Source of the DNA: a virus
Direction: 5' to 3' (one strand)
IMG/VR virus record: IMGVR_UViG_3300045988_131126
DNA: 64,000 bases
The notes beneath the pieces were generated by a model. The model ran no database searches and was not told the origin of the DNA. It worked only from the letters and a program-made list of their open reading frames with translations. Below are positions 20,091 through 29,471 of this stretch, piece by piece; the stretch's first letter is position 1, and every line of letters starts with the position of its first letter. The translations under genes and the position numbers were made by a program.

Positions 20091-20152
20091 TTACATAACC
20101 TAGATAGAGAATATTCTCTATCTAGGTATTTTGCTAAAAGGAGACCATAAAA

Positions 20153-20614
20153 ATGAATAAAAAACATAATGGATGGGTTTCTGAAACTAAATACTATCTT
20201 AACGATTTAATATTTATATATACAGATTTAAATACAAATAAGAAAATTCTGTTATTTCCTGGTAAATATGTAGCATTAATATACCCATTCGAGAAAATGT
20301 ACCCAAATATACCGTTTTCATGGTTTTATCCATTCGGAAGTCCTGTCGGATTTTACTGTGGTATTCAATATATGTTAACGTATAATTTACGCGATGATAT
20401 TTATTTTCATTATACAGTAGCGCAAATGCTAAATATCTATCGTCATATTTGTATTGCTAATGCAAATATTCCATATAGATATTTATCGTCAAAATTGGCA
20501 TCGCTGTTCGGAATAAACTCATACGATGTTATACAATGCAGAAGTTTATTCCGGCCATTTACAATTGGCCCAGATATAAATATGGAGATAAAAATAAAAG
20601 GAGGAGCTAAATAA
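20153..20614 (+). CDS. hypothetical protein (paralog set B, member 1)
   Basis: AAAGGAGA RBS. Its YYLND...DIYFHYTVAQMLNIY matches YYLYD...DLEYHFTIANMINLL in the next ORF. Confidence 0.65.
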   Translation: MNKKHNGWVSETKYYLNDLIFIYTDLNTNKKILLFPGKYVALIYPFEKMYPNIPFSWFYPFGSPVGFYCGIQYMLTYNLRDDIYFHYTVAQMLNIYRHICIANANIPYRYLSSKLASLFGINSYDVIQCRSLFRPFTIGPDINMEIKIKGGAK

Positions 20615-21093
20615 TGAATAGATACAAAATAGAAACAAAGAAAGAATACTATTTATATGATCCAAAAATTACAAGTATAGTTTTTGATAAATTCAATAGA
20701 AATGCACCCTTTTTTATCGATACCGATCCTATTATAATTATAAATCATTATTTGGGTCGCGAAATATATATAGCCGGTAACTATAAAAAATGTTTTAGAG
20801 ATAAATTTTGTGATTCTAGATTATTTTATTTTAGATTGTCTATGTATTGTAGAAGGGTAAATACTTGTGATACATTTATCTTGTATAATAGATATTATCT
20901 AAGTGAGGATTTAGAATACCATTTTACTATAGCAAATATGATAAACTTACTACTGATATATTCAATAGACGAAATGTTTTATGATATGGTAAATTATATA
21001 TACGCTTTGTATTGTCCTTTATCTCCAGATTTGACAAGAGAAGTGCATTATAATTATAAAAATGAAAATCAAAGGAGGATTTATGATGTTTAA
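20614..21093 (+). CDS. hypothetical protein (paralog set B, member 2)
   Basis: TAATG stop/start junction with the previous ORF. AGGAGGAG RBS. Confidence 0.65.
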   Translation: MNRYKIETKKEYYLYDPKITSIVFDKFNRNAPFFIDTDPIIIINHYLGREIYIAGNYKKCFRDKFCDSRLFYFRLSMYCRRVNTCDTFILYNRYYLSEDLEYHFTIANMINLLLIYSIDEMFYDMVNYIYALYCPLSPDLTREVHYNYKNENQRRIYDV

Positions 21094-21529
21094 ATTACCA
21101 TCACTTATTAAAAGAAAAAGACACTCAAATTTAGTAAAATTAATAGATATTCCTGCTCGTGATATCAACGATATGGATATTATGACGTATATCATATATC
21201 TTTGGGAATATAAAGATATGCATCATATTGGATATATTATTTCAAAAGCTAACGAAAGACATTGTGATAGATGGGTATTATACGCATATTCTGATAAAAG
21301 AATAACTGAATACTTTAGAGATAGATGCCCTGCTATCGTAGAAGAAGAAATTTTAAGTATTAGTAATAATAGAGATATAACAAACCATTTATCTAAAGCA
21401 GCTACAGGATTATATAACGGAGGTATTCCGATTGTTAAGCCAAAACAGTATTGGGGGGAAGATTGCTTACGCATAGATTGGGATAAAGACGTAAATTACG
21501 CTATTATAAATGACGTAATAAATATGTAA
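21083..21529 (+). CDS. hypothetical protein
   Basis: ORF track 21062. ATG 21083 follows AAAGGAGG (21071-21078). Confidence 0.6.
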   Translation: MMFKLPSLIKRKRHSNLVKLIDIPARDINDMDIMTYIIYLWEYKDMHHIGYIISKANERHCDRWVLYAYSDKRITEYFRDRCPAIVEEEILSISNNRDITNHLSKAATGLYNGGIPIVKPKQYWGEDCLRIDWDKDVNYAIINDVINM

Positions 21530-21557
21530 AGAAACAAATAAGAAGGAGATTATACTT

Positions 21558-22052
21558 ATGGCTATTATTAAAGAATATTATATACTTATTAATCGTAAAA
21601 AAGTTTTTGCACCGTGCAGAACAGAAAGAAATGAAACCATTTCATGGTTTCGATGCAATCAGGCGTATCTTCGAAAACAGTATGGAGATATTTCTAAAGC
21701 AGAATTAATAGAACGAGTAACAACGGTTGAGAGTAGTATTAATATGGATCTTAACCATGTAAAATATATGATAATATGCACTCGTCCAGATACTGACGAA
21801 CGTTATTACATAACCAAAACTAAAAGTGGTATGCCGATTGTAACTGAAAGTTTCGACGATATGGCCGAAGGTGATCTTTTATTTGAAAAAGAATTTTTAG
21901 CTAAAAACTATATCAAAAGACATGAGAAAACTTTAAGAGCTTTATTTAAAGAAGACGTAATAGAAACAATCAAAACTGAACCGGTATCAGAAGCTGTTGT
22001 TATTGCGTGTAGACAGAAGTTAAAAAATAGAAAGGTGGAAGATGTAATATGA
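21558..22052 (+). CDS. hypothetical protein (paralog set C, member 1)
   Basis: Clearly similar to 22522..23010 (YYILINRKK...FRCNQAYLRKQYGD...ICTRPDTDERYYITKTKSGMPIV). Confidence 0.7.
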   Translation: MAIIKEYYILINRKKVFAPCRTERNETISWFRCNQAYLRKQYGDISKAELIERVTTVESSINMDLNHVKYMIICTRPDTDERYYITKTKSGMPIVTESFDDMAEGDLLFEKEFLAKNYIKRHEKTLRALFKEDVIETIKTEPVSEAVVIACRQKLKNRKVEDVI

Positions 22053-22525
22053 TCGGAGTAGAAACGTTAAATACTAGATATTATTTCGAATTAAATGGAA
22101 AGAAACTTATGCATCGAGTTGCATACGATTTCGATTCAGAAAAGAAAGCGAGTGAATACTTTCTAAAAAATATACAAATGTATAGAAATTTATACGGAGA
22201 AAATGTAAATAATTTTATATTGGTAAGAGAAGAAATAATTGCCATGCGTAAAATGATCAGACGAATGGAACCCGTTAAATATATTATAGGAGTCGATACA
22301 GAAATCGGAGAGCTTTATGTAGGAATGACTACATTAAATGAAACCGAAGTTCCATATCTTTCTCCAATTAAATCAGATATATTAAATACTAACTATTTTA
22401 CTTCAAAAGAATTAGCAGAATCTGTAATAGACGAATATAAAATCGCATTGAAACCTTATTATAAAGAAACTATATTAAATAATCTGAAAGTAATAAAAGT
22501 CGAGGAGGAGGTATATAATATATGA
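22049..22525 (+). CDS. hypothetical protein (paralog set C, divergent member 2)
   Basis: ATGA overlaps on both sides. Same length class and the same YYFELNGKK opening. Confidence 0.65.
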   Translation: MIGVETLNTRYYFELNGKKLMHRVAYDFDSEKKASEYFLKNIQMYRNLYGENVNNFILVREEIIAMRKMIRRMEPVKYIIGVDTEIGELYVGMTTLNETEVPYLSPIKSDILNTNYFTSKELAESVIDEYKIALKPYYKETILNNLKVIKVEEEVYNI

Positions 22526-23010
22526 CAAAAATTAATTATTATATTAGCATAAACGGGTATCAAATATCTTGTGGCTGTGGGGACGATAAGAATAAGGCTA
22601 TATCGTTTTTTCAATGTAATAAAGAACAACTTGAAGTCACATACGGAGATTTATCAGGGGCTACATTAGTAAAAGAAATTACAGAAGTACATACTAAAGT
22701 TGAGATGAGACTTGATGAAGTTAGATTTATTTTAACTTGTACTCGACCAAAATCTAGCGGATGGAACTATTATGTATCTAAAACATCAAGCGGATACCCG
22801 ATTATAGTTCTTGGCTATGACGATATGATAAAAGGTGGTCTTTCATTTTATAGCGAGGATTCTGCCAAGTTCTGGATTGAAAACCACAAAGATCAATTAG
22901 AAACTCTGTACAAAAAAGAAGTGATAGATACTATTAAAATAATACCAATATCTTTAGCTGAAATTGTTGCGGCTAAAGAACAAATAAATCAAAGGGAGGG
23001 TTCTAAATGA
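22522..23010 (+). CDS. hypothetical protein (paralog set C, member 3)
   Basis: YYISINGYQ...FQCNKEQLEVTYGD...TCTRPKSSGWNYYVSKTSSGYPII parallels member 1. Confidence 0.7.
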   Translation: MTKINYYISINGYQISCGCGDDKNKAISFFQCNKEQLEVTYGDLSGATLVKEITEVHTKVEMRLDEVRFILTCTRPKSSGWNYYVSKTSSGYPIIVLGYDDMIKGGLSFYSEDSAKFWIENHKDQLETLYKKEVIDTIKIIPISLAEIVAAKEQINQREGSK

Positions 23011-23783
23011 CATTCGATGAATATATTAATAACCCCATGGGTATTAAATCTGCGGTCATCTCCAACAGAGAGATGTACCGTAAGATGTATACAGAAAAGT
23101 TTGATAAAGTAATGGTAAGAGAAGTTGGTAAAATGGATTATCAATTATCCAAATCAAATTCTAAATACTATTGCTATTTAAAGGTACCGTCAGAGACGGT
23201 ACCTAACTTCTATTACGATGTAGTAATAGAGTTCAGTGAGCCTAAAGATAAAAAGTTTGCTGATGCTTCTTTAAGAAATTATGATGTAAAATTCTTTTCC
23301 AATGATCCGGCATTTGTATTTACTTTCTGCTATGCATTTAGAAAGAATAAAATGTTTATTGATGATTATAAAGAAAAGATGTCTCCAGAAGCATTGGCTC
23401 AGAAACCAGTAGAGAAAAACCCTACTGTAAGTACGGGTTATGTAAAATCATTTTATTTTGCATATTTGATGATGAAAAAGAGAAATCTCTTTAGTAAAAT
23501 TCTTTATGTGAATAAATATAATAAAAGCAATATCTTAAAAGAGATTATGCCTGCAGATAAAAAGATCGAAGCAAGACAGAATGCTGCGGAGGATATGAAA
23601 AATAAAAAACGTATTGCTAAGAATATTGATGATGCTAAACGTAGACAGGCTATGGATAAAGACTTTGCTAAATATATAAAGAAACCATCTGTAGTTATGA
23701 ATACAATTAAAACTAATACAGTTAAGAATACCAGAAAAGTTAATTTTGGCATTAAAACTACTAAAAAGACTAAGAGGAAATAA
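23007..23783 (+). CDS. hypothetical protein with basic C-terminal third
   Basis: 258-aa ORF with an ATGA overlap with the previous gene. Confidence 0.65.
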   Translation: MTFDEYINNPMGIKSAVISNREMYRKMYTEKFDKVMVREVGKMDYQLSKSNSKYYCYLKVPSETVPNFYYDVVIEFSEPKDKKFADASLRNYDVKFFSNDPAFVFTFCYAFRKNKMFIDDYKEKMSPEALAQKPVEKNPTVSTGYVKSFYFAYLMMKKRNLFSKILYVNKYNKSNILKEIMPADKKIEARQNAAEDMKNKKRIAKNIDDAKRRQAMDKDFAKYIKKPSVVMNTIKTNTVKNTRKVNFGIKTTKKTKRK

Positions 23784-23785
23784 CA

Positions 23786-24094
23786 ATGAGAAAACCAGGA
23801 TATTACACTGAAAAGTATATAATTAGATATAGAACTTTAAACAATGAAAGATTATATCTTTCCAAAGACGGAGAAATTATGGAAGAGCCTCAACTTGATA
23901 GGGTGGCTACTTATTTCGATACATTCGAGATAAATTATGGCGACATTATAAAATTTGGAGAAAAATATAATGAAGAATGTAGATCTGATCCTATAATTAG
24001 TTATGAGATAGCTAAAATGAAAATAGAAGTATATATGTATGGAACTCCAAATAGAGCATTTATATATTTTCCTAATAATAAGGAGGGAAAGTAA
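23786..24094 (+). CDS. hypothetical protein
   Basis: 102-aa ORF, tightly packed. Confidence 0.55.
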   Translation: MRKPGYYTEKYIIRYRTLNNERLYLSKDGEIMEEPQLDRVATYFDTFEINYGDIIKFGEKYNEECRSDPIISYEIAKMKIEVYMYGTPNRAFIYFPNNKEGK

Positions 24095-24384
24095 TGTATA
24101 ACCGTCTAAATGTAAATATCGGAGGTCGTGTATATTATATAAAACTCACATCTGTTTCAGGAAAAACTTATTATTATCATGGAGGATCATCTTTTTACCA
24201 GAGTTTAGACGAATACGTAAAATATTATGATTCATATTTTTCAATAGATCGCGATAAATTACAGTCAGATATCAATGAATTCAATAGAAACGTATATGAT
24301 AAAATCTGCTCTTATCAGATTATGGAAGCCAAAGTAGAATTGCATGGACACAGAGCAAATGGATCGCCTGTACGATGTATATAA
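24094..24384 (+). CDS. hypothetical protein
   Basis: 96-aa ORF with AAGGAGGGAAAGTAATG coupling. Confidence 0.55.
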   Translation: MYNRLNVNIGGRVYYIKLTSVSGKTYYYHGGSSFYQSLDEYVKYYDSYFSIDRDKLQSDINEFNRNVYDKICSYQIMEAKVELHGHRANGSPVRCI

Positions 24385-24394
24385 GGAGAAACTA

Positions 24395-24853
24395 ATGGGT
24401 AAAACAAAAATAGTACTTTTAGGTACACAAAAAATATATAAAGACAAGAAAAAATCTTCAACAGTATCTGTAACTGTGTTAGGGATGTACAAAAGCTGTA
24501 ATGACAGATTAATAAATATTTTGTCTGATGTTGTAACTCGCATATTAGTAGACATACCAGGAGCAATAGAGAGGATGAATAATGATAAAGATGCATGGCG
24601 AAGTCTTTATAGAGATATAGCTGATCTGTTCGGTAACGATGATTCTTTAGGAACTTCTTCTGTACTTTTACCAGACGTAGGAGAATACGAAGAAATATTG
24701 TTTATTGGAACTGTGATACCTCTCGAAAATTGCTCAGATAATGACTTGAGATTCTGGCTAAATACTCCAGAATTGATTCCGGAATATGAGGAGCAACAAA
24801 ATAAATATAAACTCCCAGAAATAAAACCAAATAATACTCACTATACAAATTAA
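24395..24853 (+). CDS. hypothetical protein
   Basis: ORF track 24344. ATG 24395 follows AAGGAGAAACTA. Confidence 0.55.
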   Translation: MGKTKIVLLGTQKIYKDKKKSSTVSVTVLGMYKSCNDRLINILSDVVTRILVDIPGAIERMNNDKDAWRSLYRDIADLFGNDDSLGTSSVLLPDVGEYEEILFIGTVIPLENCSDNDLRFWLNTPELIPEYEEQQNKYKLPEIKPNNTHYTN

Positions 24854-24879
24854 TAAATATAAAGGAGGATATGTTTATA

Positions 24880-25359
24880 ATGAGTAGAAAACGATATAAC
24901 AAACCCACCAATCCAGAAGTAGAAAAGGAGTATAAAGATATGGATTTAGTAAATGAAACAAATGAAGAAGAAGTAATTGAAGAGAAAGATACAGAAGCTT
25001 TTCTGAAAGATGTAGAGAAAGTTGCAGTAAACCCAGATAATAAACAGATTGATATTGAACTTACTGTAGATGCTTTTATTAGAAAAGAACCAGACAATAG
25101 CTCTAAGATTCTTTCTGTTAGTAAACTTCTTCCAGAAGATAAGAAATATGTACCAGAAGCCTTACCCGGATATGGATTAGCATATATCAAGAAAGGGACT
25201 ATTGTACGTTGTTATGAAATGGATAACGGATGGTATAGATTAGCTTCCGGATATATCTTCAATGCAAAAGTAAAAAGAGATTTGAACATAGACAGATTAA
25301 TAAATATATCTGGTTCTAATGGTTTATCTAGAATTGAAGATATAAAAAAGAATTTCTAA
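24880..25359 (+). CDS. hypothetical protein with C-terminal SH3-like segment
   Basis: ATG 24880 lies 11 nt after AAGGAGG. Contains GTIVRCYEMDNGWYRLASGYIF. Confidence 0.55.
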   Translation: MSRKRYNKPTNPEVEKEYKDMDLVNETNEEEVIEEKDTEAFLKDVEKVAVNPDNKQIDIELTVDAFIRKEPDNSSKILSVSKLLPEDKKYVPEALPGYGLAYIKKGTIVRCYEMDNGWYRLASGYIFNAKVKRDLNIDRLINISGSNGLSRIEDIKKNF

Positions 25360-25389
25360 AAATAAAACACAGTAAAGGAGATCAAAATT

Positions 25390-25749
25390 ATGCAAGAAAT
25401 CAAACTTTGTAAACGAATATTGAAAGATGAGTATGGAGAACCTGATGTAGAAATTAAAACCTATTGTGGCAAAGAAGTAAGTGCTAACGCCTTAGAGGTA
25501 GAAGCAGGAACTACTGGTTATAAAGGTGGAGATTCTGGGAACGGTTGCCGTGCATACTTTAGAATCGAAAATTTTGCAAACAGTGATTTACGCGTAAATG
25601 CATACAACAGAGGTTCTGACTTAGTGGGTATAGAAGTTACAACTGGTGGTGATACAGAACTTTATACTTTAATCGAGGCTTTAAAGTTTATCGTTAATGT
25701 ATTAGAAAATGGAGAAACAGGAGCAAATGATAAATTTATTGGGAAATGA
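25390..25749 (+). CDS. hypothetical protein
   Basis: 119-aa ORF with AAAGGAGA RBS. Confidence 0.6.
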   Translation: MQEIKLCKRILKDEYGEPDVEIKTYCGKEVSANALEVEAGTTGYKGGDSGNGCRAYFRIENFANSDLRVNAYNRGSDLVGIEVTTGGDTELYTLIEALKFIVNVLENGETGANDKFIGK

Positions 25750-25876
25750 TGGTAACTACATAGGAAATAACTATAAAGTAAATCTATGATTTCATGGGTA
25801 AGTAATCATAGATTTATGGTAAATAGTGTATTCCTAGACATAAAATTTACCATTAATTTCTCTTTTCCTTATGTAT

Positions 25877-25915
25877 GGGATAGGTTAATATAACCTATCC
25901 CAGCATTTATTTTTT
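25877..25915 (+). terminator. rho-independent terminator
   Basis: GGGATAGGTTA-ATA-TAACCTATCCC, then AGCATTTATTTTTT. Confidence 0.6.
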
Positions 25916-26199
25916 AGTATCGTAGAAAAAATAAAGAGAGTTTAAACTCTCTTTATTTTATTAAAGGCATTACTAATGCCTTTAATATATGCTTTTAAAG
26001 CATATTTAATTCTCTTTAAAAATGTTGCATATGCTCTTAAAAATTTTTTCATCATAATATACCTCTTTCTACCTAGTTGATGAGACTAGGATTTATAGAT
26101 TATTTATTATATCACTATAATATTATATAATCAAAAAATAAAGATATTCCATATTAATAAAATAGACCTATTAGAGATATCTCTAATAGGTCTTTCTTT

Positions 26200-26475
26200 T
26201 TATATTTTCATATATTTACTGGGCATACTTTCAAATACATCTTCATCGTAATTATACACTCCGAAGAATTCTCCATTTAACGATACGCCTACCTTATGTC
26301 CTGTATAATTAGCATAATCCATAAATGTAACTTTTCCTTTAATATTTCTTTTGCATAATTCGTTTTCTACACTATCTAAAATCTGAGAAGGATGGATTCC
26401 TAATCTCATCTCTTCTTCCTCTTCAAAATACGCGTTACTTACCTCTCTGCAATATTCGTCATCAATGATACTCAT
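26200..26475 (-). CDS. hypothetical protein (MSIIDD pair, member 2)
   Basis: 91-aa ORF. The RBS plus the first 6 codons are nearly identical to the upstream gene. Confidence 0.6.
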   Translation of the reverse strand: MSIIDDEYCREVSNAYFEEEEEMRLGIHPSQILDSVENELCKRNIKGKVTFMDYANYTGHKVGVSLNGEFFGVYNYDEDVFESMPSKYMKI

Positions 26476-26478
26476 AAT

Positions 26479-26862
26479 TTATTCCTCCTTATTATTTTTG
26501 CGTAATTCTATTAAATCTGATACCTTTATTTTAAAGCAACTCAGTAATTCTCTATATAATGATACAATGTCTTTGTTCAATTCTAGGCCTTCGTTATTAA
26601 AAACATAGCTAAAAGCATCAACTTTTATTTCATAGTCGTTGATATTATCTTCTATATCATTAAGCATTGATTTTAATTTTGAAGCTTCAACTGTTTCGTC
26701 ATGTAATGCATCTTTAAATAACTTAATATAATTATCTATAACATTAATCTGTCCAATCAAATATTTTTTTACTATTGGTCTTTTGTATTCTATAAATGCA
26801 TCAACAAAAACATCGAAATATATGCTGCTAAATAATAGCATCGGGTCATCAATAATACTCAT
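26479..26862 (-). CDS. hypothetical protein (MSIIDD pair, member 1)
   Basis: 127-aa ORF starting AGGAGGAATAAAATTATGAGTATTATTGATGA. Confidence 0.6.
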   Translation of the reverse strand: MSIIDDPMLLFSSIYFDVFVDAFIEYKRPIVKKYLIGQINVIDNYIKLFKDALHDETVEASKLKSMLNDIEDNINDYEIKVDAFSYVFNNEGLELNKDIVSLYRELLSCFKIKVSDLIELRKNNKEE

Positions 26863-26928
26863 AATTTTATTCCTCCTATTATTAAAATAAAACTCGAATA
26901 TAGCAATGCTATATTCGAGAGTATAAAA

Positions 26929-27204
26929 TTATTTTTTGAATTTTAATCTATTCTTCACCGCAAATCTCAGCTTTTCCCATGTTGTATCTACATGACCATT
27001 TGGATGTATAACTAAGGAATAAGATTTTCTGTTTGCACATGTAATACTATTTACATCAACTCCAACCATCATTCCTTCATGATATGCGGGAACTAAATAA
27101 TAGTGTTTGTACATGCGTCCCAATGGAGATAAATCTATTTTAGAAATATCTTCCGCATTTTTGCATTTGTTCACTTTCTTGATTATGTAGTCTCGTTTTC
27201 TCAT
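26929..27204 (-). CDS. hypothetical protein
   Basis: 91-aa ORF with AAAGGAGA RBS. Confidence 0.55.
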   Translation of the reverse strand: MRKRDYIIKKVNKCKNAEDISKIDLSPLGRMYKHYYLVPAYHEGMMVGVDVNSITCANRKSYSLVIHPNGHVDTTWEKLRFAVKNRLKFKK

Positions 27205-27277
27205 TTTACTTTCTCCTTTTTGTATTTTTATTATAAGGTTTTGATATAAATAAAAATATAACCAAGTATAGTAATTA

Positions 27278-28315
27278 CTATACTTGGATTATTGTTTCTT
27301 TTATTTTTTCTTTTCTTACTCCAAAATCTTTCTCTCCAGGATACGTATTTCTATGTATATAGAAATTAACTTTATCCAGAAATAAATTTTTCTTTATACG
27401 TGTTATCTTGTAGTCTGGGATGTCTGCATCAGGATATAAATGTACTTCTATATTGATTAATTGTAGATTCAGTAATAAGAATCTTAATAATGATTCATAT
27501 CCAGATCCTGTTGCTGCAGCATATATATTGTTTCCCATAACGCCATCATTCATATTATATAATATAGATAATATATCAAATGGACCTTCGGCTATATGAA
27601 TCTTTATAGGTTCTATAGATAAAGGATTTATCTGATTAGGAATTACATAGAATTTGCACGTATTGTCGTATTTATCAAAGATATTATAATTTACATATCT
27701 TTTAGCTATAGTAATATATACTTCACCTATATCAAGATTTCTCATATTAATAAAAGCATTATCATATGATATAAATCCCAAAAAGTTTTTGTCTAATTGC
27801 TCTACTATATTTTGATGTCTAGTTAATTTGACATTATTAGTAGCTAATAGATCAGATAAATTCAATAATATTTTCTTTTCTATACAATCTTGAAAAGTTA
27901 AATTAGTACCTAATCTATTATTTATATAATTAAGTTTTAATAATGATAAACTATCATCAGTTATACTATAATTATTCAAATAATATTTAGCTTTATCATT
28001 ATATTTCATATTCTGTGATAGATTCATTATCTTCTTATTATATCTTGCTAAATCTATCGACAGATCTTGATCGAATAATCCCCATTCTAATAATTTATTT
28101 GGGGTGACTACTCCTTTAGCATGACACTTAAAGCAATTATATAACGAAGGTTTATTTCCAGATAAATCTACGTTAATATAAAAATGTCCATGCCTTTCAT
28201 CGTCAGAATCACGACAATAGAAGCAGCGGCAGTTTATTTCTCTGCCGCCACTAACTAACCTAGCCCAAGGCTTAATATGATTCTTTAAAAACCATTTATA
28301 CTGTTCTTCATTCAT
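27278..28315 (-). CDS. DNA primase-like protein (Zn-ribbon + TOPRIM)
   Basis: CRCFYCRDS...CFKCHAKG is a CxxC...CxxC zinc ribbon. HIAEGPFDILSI matches the TOPRIM E-G-x-x-D motif and LYPDADIPD the DxD motif. Confidence 0.6.
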   Translation of the reverse strand: MNEEQYKWFLKNHIKPWARLVSGGREINCRCFYCRDSDDERHGHFYINVDLSGNKPSLYNCFKCHAKGVVTPNKLLEWGLFDQDLSIDLARYNKKIMNLSQNMKYNDKAKYYLNNYSITDDSLSLLKLNYINNRLGTNLTFQDCIEKKILLNLSDLLATNNVKLTRHQNIVEQLDKNFLGFISYDNAFINMRNLDIGEVYITIAKRYVNYNIFDKYDNTCKFYVIPNQINPLSIEPIKIHIAEGPFDILSILYNMNDGVMGNNIYAAATGSGYESLLRFLLLNLQLINIEVHLYPDADIPDYKITRIKKNLFLDKVNFYIHRNTYPGEKDFGVRKEKIKETIIQV

Positions 28316-28379
28316 AAAGTTTCAACTCCTTTCACAAGTATAATATATACTTATTCTAAGTGTTGAAAATATTATATAT

Positions 28380-29462
28380 TTAGATATTAAAACAAAAACA
28401 AACTCCGTTGCTGGTACTGCTGCCGTCGGGGGTGGGGCCACCATTGTAGTTGACAGCAAAGAAGCCATCGGCACCGTTGCCGTAATAAGGCGAACGAGTC
28501 CACCACATACTAGCATCTCCACTTCCATTATTCATTTTCTTTATTCTAGAATTATTATCTGTAAATATAGGAAACTTTTTCTGATTTGTTTCTGTTGGAT
28601 TTTGATAGGGCCAATCATTGTTGTTAACTTCTGTTGATCCAGGTAAAAATACTATATCTTTAGAAAGTTTACCAGCGTTGGATGATGTACTGCCACCTCC
28701 TATATTAGCGTATGTATTTACTTCTTTAATTACGTTTTGTAAATCAGTAGGCATACTATTATAAATATTAATCATAACAATTTTCTTCATAGCCGTATTA
28801 TTCCAACCACCGGAGTTAGCATTGGAAGTATTCATATACTGTTTATTCTCCATTAAGTTTTTCATACCAAAACATATGCCTGCTTTGCCAGATCCATCGG
28901 ATTTAACAAAATGATTAAAATCCCATATCTGCAAAGTAACGGTTTCATTAAATGATCCTGATAAAGTTAAATCTATTTCGTCTCCAACTTTCCATAAAGA
29001 AGAAGCTACACCTGATTCACTGATGGCTGCTATTTGTTCCCATGTATTATTCTTCAATACAGGATCGGCAGCCAATACTTTTATAGCGTATATCATACTA
29101 GTACTATCGTTATATACTTTATCAGTACTTAATGTATAAAATCTATAATAATAAGTTTTTCCTACAGTTACATTAGAATCTGTATATGGAGTACTAGAAT
29201 ATTTATTTTTAGTAGTATTAGTTAATACTACAGTACCATCTTTAATACTAGTAGGAGCGCTGCCCTCTTTTCTTACTATAATAGTAGAACTCCAAGTAGA
29301 TAAAGTACTACCATTATAAACAGAAGTATTAGGATCGGTCCATTTTAATTTTACATATTTATTTCCAGATACAATATATATATTAGTTACATCTCCAGGA
29401 GGAAATCCTTTGGATGAAGATCCAGATCCTCCTCCACTTATATTTCTCATTATTACGCTCAT
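28380..29462 (-). CDS. FN3-like / C-terminal GVCFCF family protein (paralog of the DGR target) with a GC-rich VR-like tail
   Basis: 360 aa. Full-length similarity to 42698..43771 (KGFPPGDVT..KWTDP.., NNTWEQIAA.., TLQIWDFNHF.KSDGSGKAGI.FGMK, FPIFTDNNSRIKK.NNGSGDA..WWTRSPYYG...GVCFCFNI). Confidence 0.85.
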   Translation of the reverse strand: MSVIMRNISGGGSGSSSKGFPPGDVTNIYIVSGNKYVKLKWTDPNTSVYNGSTLSTWSSTIIVRKEGSAPTSIKDGTVVLTNTTKNKYSSTPYTDSNVTVGKTYYYRFYTLSTDKVYNDSTSMIYAIKVLAADPVLKNNTWEQIAAISESGVASSLWKVGDEIDLTLSGSFNETVTLQIWDFNHFVKSDGSGKAGICFGMKNLMENKQYMNTSNANSGGWNNTAMKKIVMINIYNSMPTDLQNVIKEVNTYANIGGGSTSSNAGKLSKDIVFLPGSTEVNNNDWPYQNPTETNQKKFPIFTDNNSRIKKMNNGSGDASMWWTRSPYYGNGADGFFAVNYNGGPTPDGSSTSNGVCFCFNI

Positions 29463-29471
29463 TATATTACC

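Noticed and set aside
25912-26055. 47-aa very basic minus-strand ORF (MMKKFLRAYATFLKRIKYALKAYIKGISNAFNKIKREFKLSLFFLRY) with an AGAAAGAGG RBS.
   Set aside because: It runs through three hairpins or terminators (25936-25966, 25968-25990, 25989-26007) in a terminator-rich intergenic region, so coding potential cannot be judged. It is left unannotated but worth checking by ribosome profiling.
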